A stretch of DNA of 63,680 nt, filler included, from Folioceros fuciformis (Eukaryota), in assembly GCA_049999805.1 (NCBI GenBank). It is 11 parts of 11 records of this genome, joined end to end, with 100 filler letters (N's around TTAATTAATTAA, not from the genome) between each part and the next. Parts side by side here need not be neighbours in the genome. Positions count along the whole stretch, not along the records: positions 59,530 to 63,680 come from JBNGIO010003345.1; 10 more parts are not named here. One strand, 5' to 3'. Below, piece by piece: positions 59,430 through 63,680 of this stretch. The position numbers were made by a program, and so were the translations under genes. Every line of letters begins with the position of its first letter. Position 1 is the first letter of the stretch. The notes beneath the pieces were generated by a model that ran no database searches, was not told where the DNA came from, and worked only from the letters and a program-made list of their open reading frames with translations.

Positions 59430-62400
59430 NNNNNNNNNNNNNNNNNNNNNNNNNNNNNNNNNNNNNNNNNNNNTTAATTAATTAANNNNNNNNNNNNNNN
59501 NNNNNNNNNNNNNNNNNNNNNNNNNNNNNACTACAGTATCCAGCTTGAAAGGAGAGAGCTATGACTACGGAGCAGAGGCAGTGATGAGGGAGCCTAGTGG
59601 GTGGCAAGCTCAAGAAAAGGTTGATGCTATGTAGGAACTGTTCATGCTGTCAGATTGTGGTTCTTGCGTACTTCAGTCCAAGACTTGGACCCAGAACGGA
59701 GACTGAGGTCAAGCATACGAAAGTTCCACCGGAGACGGCTTCGTATCATGGGTGTCGAGACGTGTTGACAGGTCTAGGATAAATCCGCTTAAAACAGAAC
59801 AGTGGTGTACAAAATTCATTTGATTCGTCTTCCACTCTTCCGCTTTAGTGTCAGAGTGGGGCCTCCATAGACCCACTACCTCGGTGTTTGTGGCCTACGC
59901 CCTCCAGGTACAGTACGATCTGTGACGAAATGCATTTCATGGCAGGCCAGCAAAACACCTTCTGCTGCATTTCCGCCCTCACAGGGTTACAACCCAGCTA
60001 CAGACAAGAAAAGCTACTTACCGACACAGAAGAGGTTGAGGTTTTCACAGCTGTCCGCAGGGATATCACAAGGCGACAAACAAGAACAACTGTTTCCCCA
60101 AAACCTTCAGCATTAAGTTTCCACAGCAGCCAGCAAGCATGTTAGCAAATCTCACAAGCCTGAGTGGATAAGGATTGGACGGCCAAGTGAGTTAGGTACT
60201 GTATTATGGTAAGCGGATAACAATTCAAGACGGCGATGCAGCCGATGCCAGCTGTGCCCTTCCGTCCGCCTGTTTTATGTCTCAGTAAACTCTGCAAGAG
60301 AATATTGTGTTCCTTACAAACGACTACGTATGTATACATAATAGACTTCTTCTTCTCCGAGGAGAACTCTGGGGTCCACACCTCCATCCTGGTTCCCTGC
60401 TGTATGGGATTTGTGACAGGTCATTCGAGAAACAGTGATACTTCGCTTTGCTTAGTGTGCACCAAGGCAACAACTGGACTTTCAACACAATACCGGCAAT
60501 GTTGGTAAAGATCCTAAATCTGAAAACTTTGTTGGCCTTTGCAAGCCTCCTGGGGCGTGGCCTGATGCACTTGTTTTCAGACAGTGAAGCTATTGAGCTT
60601 CAAGTAGAAGTCTTGAAGAGTATGTGAACTCATTGGGCCGAGAAACACAGTGAGGTCAAGCAAACCAAATTCGAACAGGAGATGGGTAAAGATCATGGGT
60701 GTCAGGTCGGTAACGGGTTGATAAGCCTAGGATGAATCCGCTGAAAACAAAATACAAGCAAACCACTTTCACTTGATTCGTCTTCCACAGGAATCATGCA
60801 CGTAATGGCTTGGACATCTCCAAAAACTACTTACCAGCCTTTCCTTACCCAAGCTCCCCAACCGACCTTCTCCCCGCAGGCCTTGCCCATCAGAGACAGG
60901 TTTCCCGTACTTCTGCCCATGGTATGGGAGGTGACGTGACGAGAGTTCCATTCTACTGTTTTCACAACCCTGCGCCTTGAAGACCCCTACGACTCCAGCA
61001 AAGAAACGAGGAATTCGGGAGTTGATGTGTAAGAAAGCCTCAGTCCGGTTTGGGACACACCATCCCCGAATGAAGATGACAGGCAGACCAAACACAATAC
61101 CAAAGCAGACAAAGGGATCAGGGAATTGTAGTCTGTAATTTAGCATCACTGCAAATCAGTTACAATTGTCATCACGCCCTTGGCCTTCAACGACGACACG
61201 AAAAACTTTACAAACTTCAGGAAACAAACCTCACAGACGAACGAAACACAGCAGGGACCAACGGGGGACAGCAGTAAATCACAGATGAGGCTCAGGAGGA
61301 TCTATTGGTCGTTGGAGATCACAGAGCCAGCTCTCACAAAATACGCAAGTCAAATTCATCATTTGCCTCCAACCCGCAAGCAAGACTTAAACGTTGCAGA
61401 CAGTTTGGCTAGGCCTCAGTCATCCAATCTTGTCGACACGGCGGTTCAGGCAATGTAGGTAAGACATCATGTCATCCCAGGCAAGCAAGCGGGTCCTGCA
61501 GCATTTCCGGCGGCCAGGTTTACGACTAAGCAACAGAAAGTATAGCAGCTCCCTGAAGACATTGGAGACATGGCTTAACAGCTATCCGAAATGACCAAAA
61601 CAAGCAACAAGCAAAAAACAGCTACATCCCCACCGCCTTCAGCACGAGGTTTCAACAGCTGTCCGCAAGGACGTCAGCAGTTTCTTTGAAAGATACATCA
61701 TCAGGCAAAGGGCAAGGCATTCAGGCCTGCACGAGCACAAGATCTAAAACCGATAGCGGGAAAACCTCCCAAACCCTTAACTAGCTACCCCAGACGAAGG
61801 TGTGCAAACCTGAAGAACCAACTGCCACGGAGGAATTTCGCCAGCCTCACCTCTAGATCAGTAACCCGTGAGGGTTTTCGCAACAGTCTAGAACAAGCCT
61901 CACCTCTAGCCCCTCTAGACCAGCAACAATTGAGGGTTTTCGCAAAACCTGAGACACAGCTACCCGTGAGGGTCATCGCAAGCCCTAGAGCTGGCCAGCT
62001 ACATACCCCAAACAAAACAAGAAAGCAAGCAGTAAACGTCAGTGCTAAACGCTAAATGTAGCAAACTCGGAGACCCTGGGAGCAGAACCTCGACCTGTGT
62101 GAGGCCTGCAGGAAGTTCGGCACACTTGCGCGTGACTCGACCAGCTCCAGGACCAGCTGCTCGTGAGGGTTTCGCAAAGCGTTAGAGCCGACAAACAAGA
62201 AGAAGCAAGTGGTAAGGCACTACTGACCTACTGCTAAGCCCTAAATGTAACAGAGTCCAAGAGCCCTGGGCGAAGAGCTTCAAGTGGGGCGTGTACGAGT
62301 GCGGTCCCCTCCTGCGCCTACCCATCTAACCAATCGCGGAAAAGAAGAGCATGAAACTCTGATAGCGTCTGATGACATCGGGTCCAGCATAACTACTATG

Positions 62401-63029
62401 TGCAATACAAACAGTACATACGTATATGTATATAACGCATGAGCCATTTAGGATTATTTCTGGAAAGTATGGGATGGATATAAATAGAACAACACAAATA
62501 GAACTTGATTTCATCTCAATTAGCATCCAAAGTAACTGGGAACCTTCCTTTTCCTAATGGATCTTTCATATGTCAGTTCAGATGAACATATCACTCAATG
62601 GTACAAACCCACAATCAATTATGAATGCGAATAAGTAAAACATCTAAAGAAGTTTTGTTCTTTTGAAACCCAATATTTATATTTATCTCAATATTAATGC
62701 TTGGAATTTAGTGTGTGGGTAAGAGTTAAAGGGCCAAATTTTTTATCACCAGAACTACGAGTAAACTAGAACCATACGTCAATCTAAAATTAGTGAGACT
62801 CATTTTATGTCAAACTAAGGACCACGTTGAGTTCATATGAAGATGCTATGTGGCGATGCGCCCCCACCTCTATATGTGGCCAGGGAGCACAGGAAGGAAA
62901 CAGGTAACTGCAAAATCACTCTTCAATTTTCCATCAGCTGTTATTTACCTCAGACTAGTCTACGCTCAAAGGTCTCTTCGGAGAAGTCGTTTGGCTCCTA
63001 GGTTTAGGCTCTCCCACTGTCGACAAAAG

Positions 63030-63470
63030 GCAAGGGTCAAACTCTTATGGTCGACCCTAGGGATCCCCCCAAGGTGAGGGTCACCATCTGGTGTTTCTTT
63101 CAAGCTTGCTTACCTAATGTAGACCGCTGGGATGGGTTGCTGGTGGCCACGGGTGAAGAATGTTGCAGGCTATGCAGTGTAGGCGCCCCCTATAAAAGCC
63201 AACATATTTTGTTTCAATGCGACTATGCGCAAGGTGTCTGGAACAAAATTGGCCGATGGTTACAAAATCTTCTCCCCGAGGAAACCATATTGGTTACCGA
63301 ACAAACTGCCTTATTCGGATTGGATGGGCAGTCGGGAGGGCCACTTCTTCAGTACGAATGGTGGGGAGTGGTGTGGTCCTTGTCTCTCTTCTCCTTGTGG
63401 CAAAACTGGACTGCGATGGTGTATGGCGGGAGCAATCCGGTACCCTGGAAAACTCTACTATGATGCATCT
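63030..63470 (+). mobile_element. L1-type LINE remnant, zf-RVT C-terminus
   Basis: LW...PPKVRVTIW....CLP...CRLC.......HILFQCDYAQGVW...SLW. Confidence 0.8.
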
Positions 63471-63531
63471 GGGAACAGGTCATGGGGGTCGCAAAAAGCA
63501 TTCAAACTTCCGCCCACACTAAGTTCAAACG

Positions 63532-63680
63532 GAAAGAGTGGACATTAGCAAGTTTCCTTTGGCACAATGGCCAGTGGGACCACTACTGCCCGTGGGGTAG
63601 GCAAGTCCCATAAGGGAAGGAAGGAGTGGAAATTAGCAGGTTTCCTTTGGCTCCTTTGGCACAATGGCCTGTGGGACCAC
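63532..63680. repeat. ~90-bp tandem repeat at the window end
   Basis: GAGTGGA.ATTAGCA.GTTTCCTTTGGCACAATGGCC.GTGGGACCAC twice. Confidence 0.75.

Overview
Eukaryotic (land-plant) nuclear DNA, not a prokaryotic locus. The window is 11 contigs joined by ten identical artificial 100-bp spacers (N44-TTAATTAATTAA-N44), so adjacency across spacers means nothing. Compact GC-rich genes with ~85-155 bp introns and a PLS-class PPR suggest a seed-free plant such as a hornwort (inference only). Host genes: a PLS-PPR (truncated), an At5g39450-like F-box, a TBC1D5-like RabGAP, a CYP71-clan P450, RIT1, RabC/Rab18 and a Ser/Arg-rich unknown ORF. Most of the rest is nested, decayed transposons: several Copia, Gypsy gag and integrase, an L1 zf-RVT, two MULEs, a pogo-like remnant and DUF7869/Sola-like DDE transposase fragments. 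Best lead: three contigs can be tiled by internal homology (a 64/65-bp overlap, a shared intron position, shared termini) into one ~7.5-kb DNA transposon. It carries a DUF7869-type transposase, a divergently oriented ParB/Srx-like gene, and regularly spaced arrays of a 22-bp palindrome (GTGCGCCGGTCGACCGGCGCAC). Other leads: RIT1 apparently takes its start codon and first intron from a dead dienelactone hydrolase gene; a MULE carries an RPA1-C-like OB-fold gene in the mudrB position; LTR elements have extra 5' sense and 3' antisense ORFs. All family assignments come from motif recognition by eye; no database search was run.
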